DNA from: a virus
IMG/VR virus record: IMGVR_UViG_3300024346_000039
Span: 11,587 to 75,586 of that record
DNA length: 64,000 nucleotides
Direction: 5' to 3' (one strand)
Positions 19,501-29,288 of this stretch are shown piece by piece. The notes below the pieces were generated by a model. It saw nothing but the letters and a program-made list of their open reading frames with translations, had not been told where the DNA came from and ran no database searches. Position 1 is the first letter of the stretch, and each line of letters opens with the position of its first letter. The position numbers and the translations under genes are program-made.

Positions 19501-19636
19501 AATGATTGACTATATGGGCGGTGCTGGTAAGGGTGTAACTATTGTTGTAAATCCTTCTGCTGGTATGGATGAACGTGAACTTGCAGCAATTGTTTCTCGT
19601 CAACTTTCATATGCAATGCGTAAGGGAGCAGCATAA
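16520..19636 (+). CDS. Tape measure protein
   Basis: 1038 aa. MAVVGDAYV start, long coiled-coil and amphipathic helical repeats, C-terminal FAKGG...VAEAGRPE motif. Confidence 0.92.
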   Translation: MAVVGDAYVVVHAITSGVKKDIEQGFKGVDRVGEQVGKRIGKNLNTGLAQAMTKTNSFLTPQLQRESIAAADAFSSLTRAGYVLAPAITAVVGAIGALGNGLVSLVAVTLAAGPAFAVLTNAMAGLIGILATVKIAFNGVAQAISAGLKAQKSSVANTRQIAKAELALKRATEDLARAYKDAAASNQKALRDEEQAQKALNKAREEAMEQLQQLAFDSEDAAINEQKAALELEKARETLARVSDLPPNSRARKEAELAFAQADLNYRRAIDKNNDLKKTEAKNAQMGNGTIQAQIEGQDSVISAQEAAAEASRNVTQTRLDNEIKLTRATEDLKQQTEDLANLKMGPGFDAFQDALNNLPKSAQEFVKYIVSLKGAFKDLQEAIGQELFPKLEEAIDKLVTKLLPRLKPLFAETGSVLGDVANKIADVLTRADNIERIERIWKTNNEALGIFGDTIANLIDSFLLIADAARPLVIEFAKWTRNITGAWKATLEADTKSGKLAGTLETAAEVVRRLGKLFRETFGAIGTLIKANVGPGSGGFFLLDYLTNAATKLKNLTEVDGKPLKEFFLQGAINASKLLDILGGLLGVILKIGASEGMQGFLDALKGAMPDVEGIGTSLSNSLPAFGKFIAEFIRFVRTVTDSGSITIFFNTLRIALKGITDFLNTDFGQALLKGAAVILPFLLALKTITQAGKFFGEVIYGNYLKVAGILDKFPGILTKMTTAFRTATSAQALWGATMAAISSPVVIVVAAIAALIAIFVMAYKESEILRTAVSAFGQVLKDIFKGALEEVNTALKALFPGLEGVKGLFKGIGDVIGLVIMPIISLLVGRLVGVLVGALTSVIYKLAAFKDGFMTVFNLIKGIVLSVTALFTGEWDKAFKAFGDSGRSFVNMFKNIIKSIISPFVSALNGIINAWNSLSKNFKVKIPDWVPGFGGKEFSFPPIPGPINLANFAKGGIAYPQAGGIIARVAEAGRPERIEPLDPDGLSKRDKAMIDYMGGAGKGVTIVVNPSAGMDERELAAIVSRQLSYAMRKGAA

Positions 19637-20781
19637 TGGCACAACTTAATCAAGCACAGAAAAATAGAATTACCCAGCAAGCGCTGACGCCACTTCCAGA
19701 GCCGCACCTAACGGGCATGAAGTTGCAGGAAGACATTATCCTCAACGACTTTGTTTTTAATACAGTTGATGAGTATGGTGTGCTTTGGGTAATTACTGAC
19801 ATTAAAGGTTGGTGGAGCCCTCCAGCACCTGATATGCCAGACATTAAACGTGGTTGGGCTGATGGTTCTTACGATGTAAAAGGTCGCTACAACGCTCGTG
19901 ATTTGACCCTAGAAGGCTCTATTCTGTGTACTGACCCGTCTTTAGCCGCGGAGGCAAGACGACGTTTAGTTGCTCAGATTAACTTAGTAAGGCAAGGAGG
20001 ATGGTTAAAAACAAATGAAAACCCGACTAAAGCATCTTGGGTTCGCCTTAGTGGAGAACCAAACTTTGAGACAGTCAATGCTCGCGGCAGAATTGATTTT
20101 TCCATCGGTCTTCGTTCTTCTGACCCTATAAAGTATTCTTGGAATGAACTTAATGAAGATGGTTACGATGTAGAAGAAATTCTTGCTAAATCAGCAAGTC
20201 CTGCAAGAAGTGGAAAGTCTGTTTTGACAAATCAAGGTGACTATCCTGTTACTGCTTATTTTAGAATTACTGGTCCAATTACTGGCCCTGGAATTATTCT
20301 TAACGAAACTAATGGAGAGTCCATTACTATTGTCGAGCCTTTACGAAGCATTGTTACTGGAACAATTATTTCTAAATCTATTACTGGTGGTGTTGTTACC
20401 CTAACTACATCTGCTCCTCATATACTGCAAGTAGGTGACTCGGTTGAAATGTTTAGCCTTGGAGCAGGAATAGACGGAGATAGATTTATTATTTCAAGAA
20501 CAAGTAATACATTTACTTTTATTGGAACTGCTGGAGACACTCTTAACGTAGTTTCAGTTTCTGGAACATACACTTTTGGACCAGATATTCTTGAGATTGA
20601 CACATACAACCGACAGACTTCACTTAATGGCGAATATTTTGGTGCCCGTATGAAGTTAGAGGTTTACAACGACTGGATTAATCTTGTTCCAGGAGAAAAT
20701 ACTATTAGTTTCTACGACAATGGAAACGCCAACTCGACTGCTAAACTAACTGTGGAATATCGCTCTGGCTGGCTAGCGTAA
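19636..20781 (+). CDS. Distal tail protein (Dit-like minor tail protein)
   Basis: Follows TMP. DEYGVLW..T.IKGWW, R.LTLEG, DPIKYS and W..LVPGEN motifs. Confidence 0.8.
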   Translation: MAQLNQAQKNRITQQALTPLPEPHLTGMKLQEDIILNDFVFNTVDEYGVLWVITDIKGWWSPPAPDMPDIKRGWADGSYDVKGRYNARDLTLEGSILCTDPSLAAEARRRLVAQINLVRQGGWLKTNENPTKASWVRLSGEPNFETVNARGRIDFSIGLRSSDPIKYSWNELNEDGYDVEEILAKSASPARSGKSVLTNQGDYPVTAYFRITGPITGPGIILNETNGESITIVEPLRSIVTGTIISKSITGGVVTLTTSAPHILQVGDSVEMFSLGAGIDGDRFIISRTSNTFTFIGTAGDTLNVVSVSGTYTFGPDILEIDTYNRQTSLNGEYFGARMKLEVYNDWINLVPGENTISFYDNGNANSTAKLTVEYRSGWLA

Positions 20782-20808
20782 AACTAAACGACACGAGGAA
20801 AAGACGAA

Positions 20809-23808
20809 ATGGCAATTAATTACTACGAGGTTACCCCGCCTGAATATCGCTATTACGTTGCCGATTTATTGACCAACGAAGTTATTGCAGAAATCCCTTT
20901 TACAGGTGTATCTTATGAGCGTTCTTTAAGTAAGGCTGGTTCTTTTTCTGGAACTATTCCTCTTATCGAAGCAACAGCGCATTTAGAACTTTATGACAAC
21001 ACAATGCCTGGAAAGACTGCCCTTTATGTTCTTAGAGACGGCGTTTGTGTTTGGGGCGGAATTATCTGGGGACGTCAATATTCTCCAACAAACAAAACTT
21101 TAACTGTGGATGCAAATGAGTTTATAAGTTATTTATATAATCGTGCAGTATGGCAAACCCTTTACTACGGCTCCGAGCAATACTACTGCTCACGCTACGA
21201 AGCAAATGGCTCAGTTGCAACTGTTTATACCGAGGTAGACCACGGTTTTAAAGTAGGAGAAAAAGTAAGAGTTCGTAATTTAAATCCTGCTCTCAACGGG
21301 GATAGAACAATTACAACTGTTCCATCTCCTGCAAGTTTTACTTTTGCTGTAAGCGGCGTAACCCTAGCCTCTAGTCCATCTACAACAGGACTTGCACGAA
21401 CTATTGTTGACACATATGACTTAGCCCGTGACTTAATAGGTTATATGAATGATGACTTTGCTAGCCTTGCTTTTGCTAATGAAGAAGTAAAACCAGCAAA
21501 CGAGTTGCTCTACTCTCTTACCAATAAAGTCATGGCTTCGGGAGTTGCTACGCTCACTACAGCCCTGCCGCACGACCTTCTTCTTGGTCAACAAATACAA
21601 CTAGTTGATGTTGATGCCCTTCTTAACGGGTACCAAGTAATTACAGCAATACCATCAGCAACAACTTTTGTAGTTAAGCCCGCTGGAGTAACTTCAAGTT
21701 TTGCTAGCACTGCCCTAACTGCTTTAAGCACCTACGACATTACTTCTGCTCAGATACAGACAACAACTTTAAAAATTACAACAAAACAAGTTTTGAACAA
21801 TGTTGCAACAATGACGACCTCTGCTGCTCACGGGTTGGCTGTAGGCGATTCAGTAAATATAGATAACATTACAAATGTTATTAGTGTAAGTAAGACTGCT
21901 ACAGCGGGAACTGCGGGGGCATCAACAATTACTATTTCTGGAAGTAACTCTGGAATTTTAGTTGGTATGGGTGTAACTGGTGCAGGGATTGGCGGAAATG
22001 CTACTGTTCAGTCAATTAATGGTCTTACAATTACTTTGGGAGTGCCGAACGCTTCTACAGTAAGTGGAACTCTTACATTTTTTTATGAATCTATTTTAAA
22101 CGGTCCTCAAAAAGTTATTGCTATTCCGTCAGCGACACAGTTTAGTTTTGCTAAAACATCTCGTGACGTAGCCTCGACTACTGTGACTAAAGTTGGTGAG
22201 CAAACTACCTACGCCTTTACAAACAGTAATAATCTTGCTTATGCCTCTACAATTCAAGGAGCCTCTGCCCCGACTAATAACCCAAATCTATACTTTATTC
22301 GTGGAAACACCTACACTCTTACTATCAACTCACCTGGCTACAACTTCTGGATTCAAAATCAAGGAGGAGGATATGCTGCTGGAAAAGTTTACTCCACTGG
22401 AGTAACCAATAACGGAACAGCAAGCGGAACAATTACCTTTACTGTCCCCCTCAGTGCGCCATCAACTCTCTACTACCAGGCACAGCAAACAAACAGTATG
22501 GGCGGAGTAATTAACGTAACAGATTATGGCTCTGTCTCGTACAAGTCTGGAATTATTACTACTGCAAACAACCATGGCCTTACATCAGGTAGAAAAGTTG
22601 TTATTGAAAATGTTGGCGCAGAATACGATGGTGTCCAGACTGTTTCAAGTATTGTTGACACTAGAACTTTTAAATTTAACTCGACTTCAATAGTAAATGC
22701 CGAAGCCGAAGCGGTCTACGGTGGAACTGTTAAATGGGGCGCTAGAGCAGTTGCGGGCACATTCGGAGCATACTCTGGAAACTCTGATATTGGCATTGAA
22801 GTAACCGAAGAGTTAAGCGGTAAATATATTGGAGTATCTCAGCAAATATTTAGAGGCTCTGACTTAAGGTCTTTTGGTGAAATTCTTGAAGAGTTTTCTA
22901 AAGATGTAAACGGTTTTGAATATCGCATTGACTGTGATTTTGATAAAGATATTGGTAAGTTTTCTAGAGTTCTTACTTTTGTTCCATTTATTGCACCTCC
23001 AAATCAAATACCTGTGACTTACAAAGTTCTTGCCTCTAATGTGGCAACTTTGACTACAGCAACTGCTCACGGGCTAACTACTGGGCAAGAAATTGTAGTT
23101 AGTGATGTTGGAACATCTTTTGACGGGACTCAGGTGGTAACTGCCACACCGACTACAACTACATTTAGTTTTAGTGTGGTTAAGCCAGACATTCCTGGAA
23201 GTACTGCCGCTGGGTTTATTGGCTCAGTTCACCCAATTAGTGTTCTTGGTGCAGACCAATATGTGTTTGAGTATCCAGGAAATATTCTTGAGTTTGGTAT
23301 TACTGAAACAGCAGAAAATTCTGCTGTGCGTATGTGGGTTGCTGGAAATAATGACGGTCTTGATAACAGCGCAAGTCAACCTTATGCGGCGGCTTCTTCT
23401 ACAGATTTAATGGACAAGGGTTGGCCACTTCTTGACCAAGTTGAAAGTAAAAATGATACTGAAACTACGGCTTTTGGAGAGAGTGCTCTCTACTCATATG
23501 CTAAAGATTTTGTTGACGAGGCTCGTCCGCCAGAGGGTAACTTTACTATTGCAATTAACGGCTCGATTGGGCCATATGTCGGGGACTTTTTGCCTGGGGA
23601 TTGGTGCTCATTAATTATTGACGATGAGTTTGTTCGTATGCGTCTTGCTAGCGACTTAGAGCCTAGAGGAGATGTTATTGTGCGTAAAATAGTTGGTTAT
23701 AAAGTAAACGTCCCAGATGGAATTGCTTTTCCTGAAAAAGTTGACCTTGAACTTATCAGCGAATGGAAAGAAGACCGTCGAATTTCTGCATTAAAGATTA
23801 CGGTATAG
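20809..23808 (+). CDS. Baseplate hub / Tal-like minor tail protein with multiple inserted beta-modules
   Basis: DLLT..VIAEIP..GVSY.R.L..AG.FSG, RDG.CVWGGIIW, FEYPGNI, GWPLLD and PGDW motifs (ReqiPepy6 gp37-like). Confidence 0.8.
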   Translation: MAINYYEVTPPEYRYYVADLLTNEVIAEIPFTGVSYERSLSKAGSFSGTIPLIEATAHLELYDNTMPGKTALYVLRDGVCVWGGIIWGRQYSPTNKTLTVDANEFISYLYNRAVWQTLYYGSEQYYCSRYEANGSVATVYTEVDHGFKVGEKVRVRNLNPALNGDRTITTVPSPASFTFAVSGVTLASSPSTTGLARTIVDTYDLARDLIGYMNDDFASLAFANEEVKPANELLYSLTNKVMASGVATLTTALPHDLLLGQQIQLVDVDALLNGYQVITAIPSATTFVVKPAGVTSSFASTALTALSTYDITSAQIQTTTLKITTKQVLNNVATMTTSAAHGLAVGDSVNIDNITNVISVSKTATAGTAGASTITISGSNSGILVGMGVTGAGIGGNATVQSINGLTITLGVPNASTVSGTLTFFYESILNGPQKVIAIPSATQFSFAKTSRDVASTTVTKVGEQTTYAFTNSNNLAYASTIQGASAPTNNPNLYFIRGNTYTLTINSPGYNFWIQNQGGGYAAGKVYSTGVTNNGTASGTITFTVPLSAPSTLYYQAQQTNSMGGVINVTDYGSVSYKSGIITTANNHGLTSGRKVVIENVGAEYDGVQTVSSIVDTRTFKFNSTSIVNAEAEAVYGGTVKWGARAVAGTFGAYSGNSDIGIEVTEELSGKYIGVSQQIFRGSDLRSFGEILEEFSKDVNGFEYRIDCDFDKDIGKFSRVLTFVPFIAPPNQIPVTYKVLASNVATLTTATAHGLTTGQEIVVSDVGTSFDGTQVVTATPTTTTFSFSVVKPDIPGSTAAGFIGSVHPISVLGADQYVFEYPGNILEFGITETAENSAVRMWVAGNNDGLDNSASQPYAAASSTDLMDKGWPLLDQVESKNDTETTAFGESALYSYAKDFVDEARPPEGNFTIAINGSIGPYVGDFLPGDWCSLIIDDEFVRMRLASDLEPRGDVIVRKIVGYKVNVPDGIAFPEKVDLELISEWKEDRRISALKITV

Positions 23809-23816
23809 GAGGAATA

Positions 23817-25589
23817 ATGCCAAGTAGACGCCGCAGTGCTAATAAAAATATAGGTAATAATCTTTCTGATGTTCAACGCAGGATGCGAAACCTAGAGCGT
23901 CGTCCTGCTCGCAGCAAATTAGGTGCAAAATCAGTCACTACTGCTGCAATTGGTGCAGAGGTTATTACCCCTGAACAAGTTAACTTTGGAACAGTAGTTG
24001 TTGGTGCTCCTGGAGACATTACAGACCCTAAAGATGGTCAGTTAGTTATTAACCCCAACGATGGTTCAGTTTCGGTTTATAACGGAGACAATCAAGCATT
24101 TATTGATGTAGGAGACCCAGCCGCTTTTGACCTTTCTGTAACAGCCTTTGCTGCTGCTAATGCTGCTGTTCAAACAGCAAATGGTAAAAACAAGGTTACA
24201 TACTCTTTGGCTGTTCCTGGCACAACCGCAAATACTGCTGGAGATATTTGGTGGCAATACAACTCTTCTAACATAATTATTGGCCAGTGGACTGGTCTTG
24301 GCGGGACTTCTTGGCAAGCAAACACTATAGGAAATGCTGTAGTTGCAAACTTAGATGCAGGAAAAATTACTGCTGGTTTCCTCGATGCTGCTCGTATTAA
24401 TACTGGAACTATTACAGCAACAATGATTGCTTCTACAGCACTAGATGCCAAAACAATTACTGGTTCAACTATTAGAACAAGTGCTGGTCCTAACAGTAGA
24501 GTTATTTTTGATACTAGTGGTATTAGAGCAATTAATGCTAGTGGAGTAACAACAGTAAATATTGCTAGCGATGGGTCAGCATCTTTTACTGGTGCTGTTA
24601 GTGCCTCTAGTTTTACCGCAACAGGATTAGTTGACGGAGACGACCTTGCTAATAACTCTATTCTTAATAGACATATTTCTAGCCTAAGTGCAGATAAAAT
24701 TAATGCTGGAACAATTAATGCTAGCACAATTACTGTTACTAATTTAAATGCGTCTAATCTTACGGCTGGAACTATTACTAGCCGTGCTATCAATAATGGA
24801 AACGGAACTTTTTCTGTTACCGCTGGTGGTGCTATGACTTGTACGAGCGCAACTATTACTGGAACTATTAATGCTACTAGTGGCTATGTTGGGTCTGCAA
24901 CAGATGGTTGGAGATTTTCTTCTGGAGGAACTATTGCAAACGTTGGTAATTCAACTATTTTATATCCAAGTAGCGGATTTAGTCCGTATGCAATAATTAC
25001 TGATAGAACAATTGCCGCTAATAGAGGTTTTCAAACAAACGGTTTAGGAATTCAAGGCGGTAACACTACAATAATCTCTCAAGGAAATTTGGGCCCTGGA
25101 TTTATAAATACAGGTTCAGGTCCATCAGGAGTTGATTCAGCCTATGATTTAGGCACCACTAGTAACCGCTGGGGTGTAGCAAGAGCAGGTTCTTTTTTAA
25201 CAACATCAGATGTTAGAACAAAAAATAACATACAAAATGCAAGTTTAGGTTTAAATTTTATTAAAAAACTTAGACCCGTATCTTTTCTTATAGATAGAGG
25301 TAGAGTTGATATTACAGATGCAGTTAAAGATGAAGATGGAAATATAGACCCGGAAACTGTTGTAGTAGTTCCAGGAAGAAGAAGACACTACGGATTTATT
25401 GCTCAGGAAGTCAAAGAAGTTTTAGATGAATTAAGTTCTTCTCCTACTATGGATTTTGCTGGCTGGTCTCTTGCGGAAAAAGATGACCCTGACTCACAGC
25501 AAGCCTTGGCATATGATGAATTTATTGCTCCCTTAGTTAAGGCAGTGCAAGAATTATCCGCTAGACTAGAAGCATTGGAAAACAAATGA
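23817..25589 (+). CDS. Tail fibre/spike with C-terminal peptidase S74 intramolecular chaperone
   Basis: GGAGG RBS before ATG 23817. LDAGKITAG / LSADKINAG repeats. TSDVRTK..I, LRPVSF, HYGFIAQEV, YDEFIAPLVKAVQEL coiled coil. Confidence 0.85.
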   Translation: MPSRRRSANKNIGNNLSDVQRRMRNLERRPARSKLGAKSVTTAAIGAEVITPEQVNFGTVVVGAPGDITDPKDGQLVINPNDGSVSVYNGDNQAFIDVGDPAAFDLSVTAFAAANAAVQTANGKNKVTYSLAVPGTTANTAGDIWWQYNSSNIIIGQWTGLGGTSWQANTIGNAVVANLDAGKITAGFLDAARINTGTITATMIASTALDAKTITGSTIRTSAGPNSRVIFDTSGIRAINASGVTTVNIASDGSASFTGAVSASSFTATGLVDGDDLANNSILNRHISSLSADKINAGTINASTITVTNLNASNLTAGTITSRAINNGNGTFSVTAGGAMTCTSATITGTINATSGYVGSATDGWRFSSGGTIANVGNSTILYPSSGFSPYAIITDRTIAANRGFQTNGLGIQGGNTTIISQGNLGPGFINTGSGPSGVDSAYDLGTTSNRWGVARAGSFLTTSDVRTKNNIQNASLGLNFIKKLRPVSFLIDRGRVDITDAVKDEDGNIDPETVVVVPGRRRHYGFIAQEVKEVLDELSSSPTMDFAGWSLAEKDDPDSQQALAYDEFIAPLVKAVQELSARLEALENK

Positions 25590-25613
25590 CAGTAATGACA
25601 AAAGGAGTTCGTA

Positions 25614-26084
25614 ATGTTTGAAGTTAAAGACGGCTCTAGAACCCTTCAATTTAAAGGTCGCTTACTAGGAGAGTCTTCGTCTTGGCGACGCGGCTCTACA
25701 CGCTGGATTGAGTTTGAACTTTACAGAACAGAAAATGGTTCTTACATTCTTTCTCGTATTGGTGTATCTTTAGTTTTTCATGGTGCTGCTTGCCCCCTAG
25801 TTAAGCGATACGCGCTCACTGAAGAATCCTCTGACGTGCTTTCTAAAGACGCTATTCCTTGCGAAGAGTGTAATCCAGTTAGAACACTTCCAATCGTGTT
25901 CCCTGAAAAGTATCGCCACTGGGCGCAGGTAAGTGAAGACCCTCGTCCTGTTCTAGATGCTCTTTACAAATATGACCAAGGTGGTGCAAGATATCTTACT
26001 AACGTGGCGCAGAGATTGTTAGAGCGTGCAGCAACCCTTGATGAGAGGATAGACTCGCTTTACCGCATTGAAATGATTCCGTAA
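25614..26084 (+). CDS. Hypothetical protein (possible Zn-binding: H..C and CEEC)
   Basis: AAGGAG RBS. RWIEFELYRT...GVS.VFH motif. Confidence 0.7.
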   Translation: MFEVKDGSRTLQFKGRLLGESSSWRRGSTRWIEFELYRTENGSYILSRIGVSLVFHGAACPLVKRYALTEESSDVLSKDAIPCEECNPVRTLPIVFPEKYRHWAQVSEDPRPVLDALYKYDQGGARYLTNVAQRLLERAATLDERIDSLYRIEMIP

Positions 26085-26104
26085 AACCAATAGAAGGAAA
26101 CTAA

Positions 26105-26938
26105 ATGACAAATGACAGTTTTGAAATTACGCAAGAAGACTTAGACTATCTAAGCGAAGTAAAATTACACATAGCAACCCCTTGCTATGGCGGTATGTGC
26201 GGCTCTGACTATGCAATGTCCGTATTTAAATTTATAAGTTTGGCATCTTCTCTTGGGCTGCAAGTTAGCATCCAACAACTCTCTAACGAAAGTTTAATAA
26301 CAAGGGCTAGAAATCTTCTTGCAAACCATTTTTTAAAAGAAACTGATGGAACTCATTTAATGTTTATTGACGCTGATATTTCTTTTGAGCCTTTAGATAT
26401 TATTAAACTTGTTCTTAGAAAAAAAGAAATTATTGGCGGAGCATACCCAATTAAAGAAATTAAATGGGACACTATTTTAAAAAATAAAGATTCAATAAAT
26501 TCTGTTGAAGGTCTTATGCATTCTTCTTCTAGTTATGTTGTAAATATTCCTCAGTCCAGCATTGAAAAGTCTGTTCTGTTTGGAGGAAAAATTGAACTAG
26601 ATAATGGACTGCTTGAGGTAAGCGGTCTTGGGACTGGTTTTATGCTCATTCAAAGAGAAGTTTTTAAAAAAATGAAAAAATACTACGATAATGATTGGTT
26701 TCTCTATAAAGACGAAAAAGTGCATTTATTCTTTGACACTGCTATTGAAGAGCAGAGTAGAGAGTATCTTAGCGAGGACTACTTTTTTACTAGAAGATGG
26801 TTGAATCTGGGTGGATTTACTTGGATAGACCCCACAGTGTCTTTAGTTCATACTGGATATTACAGGTTTAATGGCGGGTCTTTAGCGTTAGATTCTATAG
26901 AATTAGAAAAAAATAAAGAGGAGTCTGTAGATGAGTGA
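26105..26938 (+). CDS. Putative GT-A fold glycosyltransferase
   Basis: IATPCYGG, NESLITRARN, THLMFIDADI (DxD), GTGFMLI.R and YLSEDYFF motifs. Confidence 0.75.
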   Translation: MTNDSFEITQEDLDYLSEVKLHIATPCYGGMCGSDYAMSVFKFISLASSLGLQVSIQQLSNESLITRARNLLANHFLKETDGTHLMFIDADISFEPLDIIKLVLRKKEIIGGAYPIKEIKWDTILKNKDSINSVEGLMHSSSSYVVNIPQSSIEKSVLFGGKIELDNGLLEVSGLGTGFMLIQREVFKKMKKYYDNDWFLYKDEKVHLFFDTAIEEQSREYLSEDYFFTRRWLNLGGFTWIDPTVSLVHTGYYRFNGGSLALDSIELEKNKEESVDE

Positions 26939-28751
26939 GGGTCTTTCAGGTATTGAAGTAACTCTTGTTGACTCTGTAGAAAAAGCCAATCAATTTATTT
27001 CTTGGCTTGGTGAGCGTCGTCCCCACAATGCAATTGCTATTGATACAGAAACTGGCGAGCGTCCTGGTATGCCTCGTGACCATGCACTATCTCCTTGGCA
27101 TGGCGACCTACGCCTTGTTCAAGTTGGCGATGGTATGCACGGCTGGTCTATTCCTTGGGAAGAGTGGAGCGGTGTTTTCTACGAAGCAATGAATAAGTTT
27201 GATGGGCCACTTGTTTGTCACAACATTGCATTTGAAGCACGATGGTTTGCAGTTAAATCCCGTTGGGAAATGCCTTGGCAACGTGCACACGACACAATGA
27301 TTATGGCGCACCTCATTGACCCGCTAGGTCCTGGAGGTTTGAAACCACTATCTGCACTTTTAATTGACCCACAGGCGGCGTATCTACAAGACAAACTTGA
27401 TATTGACCTAACTAAAAATGGTTGGACTTGGGGCACTGTTCCTACAAACTTTGAGCCTTACTGGTCTTATGGTGCACTCGACACAATTTTAACTATGCGT
27501 TTGTGGGAGAAATTTTACGAGAAGTGCGGTCCAGGAAAGCCATATCACAAGGCGTATGAGATTGAAATGGCAGCACGCAAAATTGTTACTCGTATGGAAA
27601 TCAATGGCGCTCGTGTTGACCTTGAGTACTCAAAAAAGAAGTATGAAGAACTTCTTACCTACACAGAGCAAGTTAAAGAGTGGGCTGCAAAGACCTATAA
27701 CGGAACAAGCATTACTAGCAATGTTCAGTTAGTTCGTCTGCTAGAAAATCTTGGAGCAGAGATTACTGAAACAACTCCTTCTGGTCAGAAGTCTGCGTCT
27801 AAAGACCAACTTAAACTACTTACAATTCATGGCTCTGATGAAGTTAAAAATCTTGCCGAAACCGTTTTAAAACAGCGCAAGGCAGACAAACTGGCTAACA
27901 CCTACTTCCTTAACTTTCTTAATAAGAATGTTGATGGAATCTTGCACCCATCTGTTAAGACTCTTGGTGCTCGCACATCTCGTATGTCTATTACAGACCC
28001 AGCGCTACAGACTTTGCCAAAGGGTGATGACACAGTGCGTCGTGCATTTATTCCAAAAGACAAAGACCACGTCATTATTACCTCTGACCTTGACCAGGTT
28101 GAGTTCCGTATGTTTGCATCTTTATCTAAAGACCCAAACCTCATCACTCTATTTAATCGTGCTGATGCAACTGGCTCTGACCCGTTTACTGAAATTGGTC
28201 GTGAGGTTTATCAAGAACCTGATATGACTCGCTCAGATAAGCGCAGAACTCTTATCAAGGGAATGGTCTATGGTCGTCTTTACGGGGCTGGTGTTGCTAA
28301 GCAAGCGCTCACTGCGGGGGTTGCTGAGTCTCAAATGAAGGCTGTATCTGATGCTTTTGACCAGCGATACCCTGGAATGATTAAGTTTCAAAAAGAAATT
28401 GAAAACATTGGTGCTCGCCGTGAACGCGATGAGGGTCAGGGCTACATTCATACATGGACTGGTCGTAAAATTCCTTGCGACGAAAACCGCGTCTACACAC
28501 TTATTAACTACTTAATTCAGGGTGGAGCAGCAGAAGTCTTTAAGAGTAACCTGATTAAGTTAGACCAAGCAGACCTTACTGAAAATCTTATTGTTCCTGT
28601 CCACGATGAAATTGTTTTACAAGCACCTCGTGACCAGGCAGAAGAAATTAAACGCATCGTGCAAGAATGTATGACAACAACTGACGGCTGGGATGTTCCG
28701 CTTACTGCTGGAATTGATGGGCCACTAGAGACTTGGGGCGACAAATATTGA
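26931..28751 (+). CDS. polA: DNA polymerase family A (3'-5' exonuclease + polymerase, no 5'-3' exonuclease)
   Basis: ExoI DTET, ExoIII YGALD, RTSRMS..DPALQ, motif A DLDQVEFR, motif B KGMVYGRLYG, NYLIQG, motif C VHDE. Confidence 0.95.
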   Translation: MSEGLSGIEVTLVDSVEKANQFISWLGERRPHNAIAIDTETGERPGMPRDHALSPWHGDLRLVQVGDGMHGWSIPWEEWSGVFYEAMNKFDGPLVCHNIAFEARWFAVKSRWEMPWQRAHDTMIMAHLIDPLGPGGLKPLSALLIDPQAAYLQDKLDIDLTKNGWTWGTVPTNFEPYWSYGALDTILTMRLWEKFYEKCGPGKPYHKAYEIEMAARKIVTRMEINGARVDLEYSKKKYEELLTYTEQVKEWAAKTYNGTSITSNVQLVRLLENLGAEITETTPSGQKSASKDQLKLLTIHGSDEVKNLAETVLKQRKADKLANTYFLNFLNKNVDGILHPSVKTLGARTSRMSITDPALQTLPKGDDTVRRAFIPKDKDHVIITSDLDQVEFRMFASLSKDPNLITLFNRADATGSDPFTEIGREVYQEPDMTRSDKRRTLIKGMVYGRLYGAGVAKQALTAGVAESQMKAVSDAFDQRYPGMIKFQKEIENIGARRERDEGQGYIHTWTGRKIPCDENRVYTLINYLIQGGAAEVFKSNLIKLDQADLTENLIVPVHDEIVLQAPRDQAEEIKRIVQECMTTTDGWDVPLTAGIDGPLETWGDKY

Positions 28752-29215
28752 TAACTGTTCTTGCTGTAGACCCTGGAAAAGCCAGTGGTATTGCACTTGT
28801 ATCTTGGTCTGGCAATCAAGAAGATTTGCCAAAGTTAGAACTTTCATTTGAGTCGCAACCTGAAAACTTTGCCACTGATGTGACTATCTGCCTTACAAAT
28901 TGGAAGCAATATGAAAAGTTTGCTATTTCTTGTGAGCGATTTACTATCAATGCTCAAACTGTCCGTAACTCTCAGGCGCCTTATTCACTAGAGCAGATAG
29001 GCGTTCTTAAGCATCTATGTCGCACTAACGAATATGGGCCAGACAACATCAGTTTTCAAACCCCTGCTGATGCCAAAGCACTTTTTCCCAACGAGGCACT
29101 TCGTAAGGTAGGAACTTGGCATAAGGGCGGGGAAGGGCACGCTTTAGATGCCATCCGACACGCCCTGCTAAAACTGACTAAGTTAGGCTGGAAGCCAAAA
29201 GTTCTGCTAGAGTAG
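28748..29215 (+). CDS. RuvC-like Holliday junction resolvase
   Basis: TTGA overlap with the polA stop. LAVDPG..SG, CERF, IG.L and HALDAIRH acidic active-site pattern. Confidence 0.7.
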   Translation: MITVLAVDPGKASGIALVSWSGNQEDLPKLELSFESQPENFATDVTICLTNWKQYEKFAISCERFTINAQTVRNSQAPYSLEQIGVLKHLCRTNEYGPDNISFQTPADAKALFPNEALRKVGTWHKGGEGHALDAIRHALLKLTKLGWKPKVLLE

Positions 29216-29217
29216 GT

Positions 29218-29270
29218 TACTAGCAAGAAAAAATAAAAAACTTAAAAATCTCTGCTAGTATATAGACTTA
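29218..29270 (+). promoter_or_regulatory. Putative promoter/operator before the helicase: 8-bp inverted repeat around A-tracts
   Basis: TACTAGCA (29218-25) and TGCTAGTA (29253-60). The right arm overlaps an extended -10-like TGCTAGTAT. Confidence 0.4.
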
Positions 29271-29288
29271 ATGACATTAGGAGTAAAA

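Noticed and set aside
24170-24793. 207-aa antisense ORF in the tail fibre
   Set aside because: Low-complexity shadow ORF of a Thr/Ala-rich gene.
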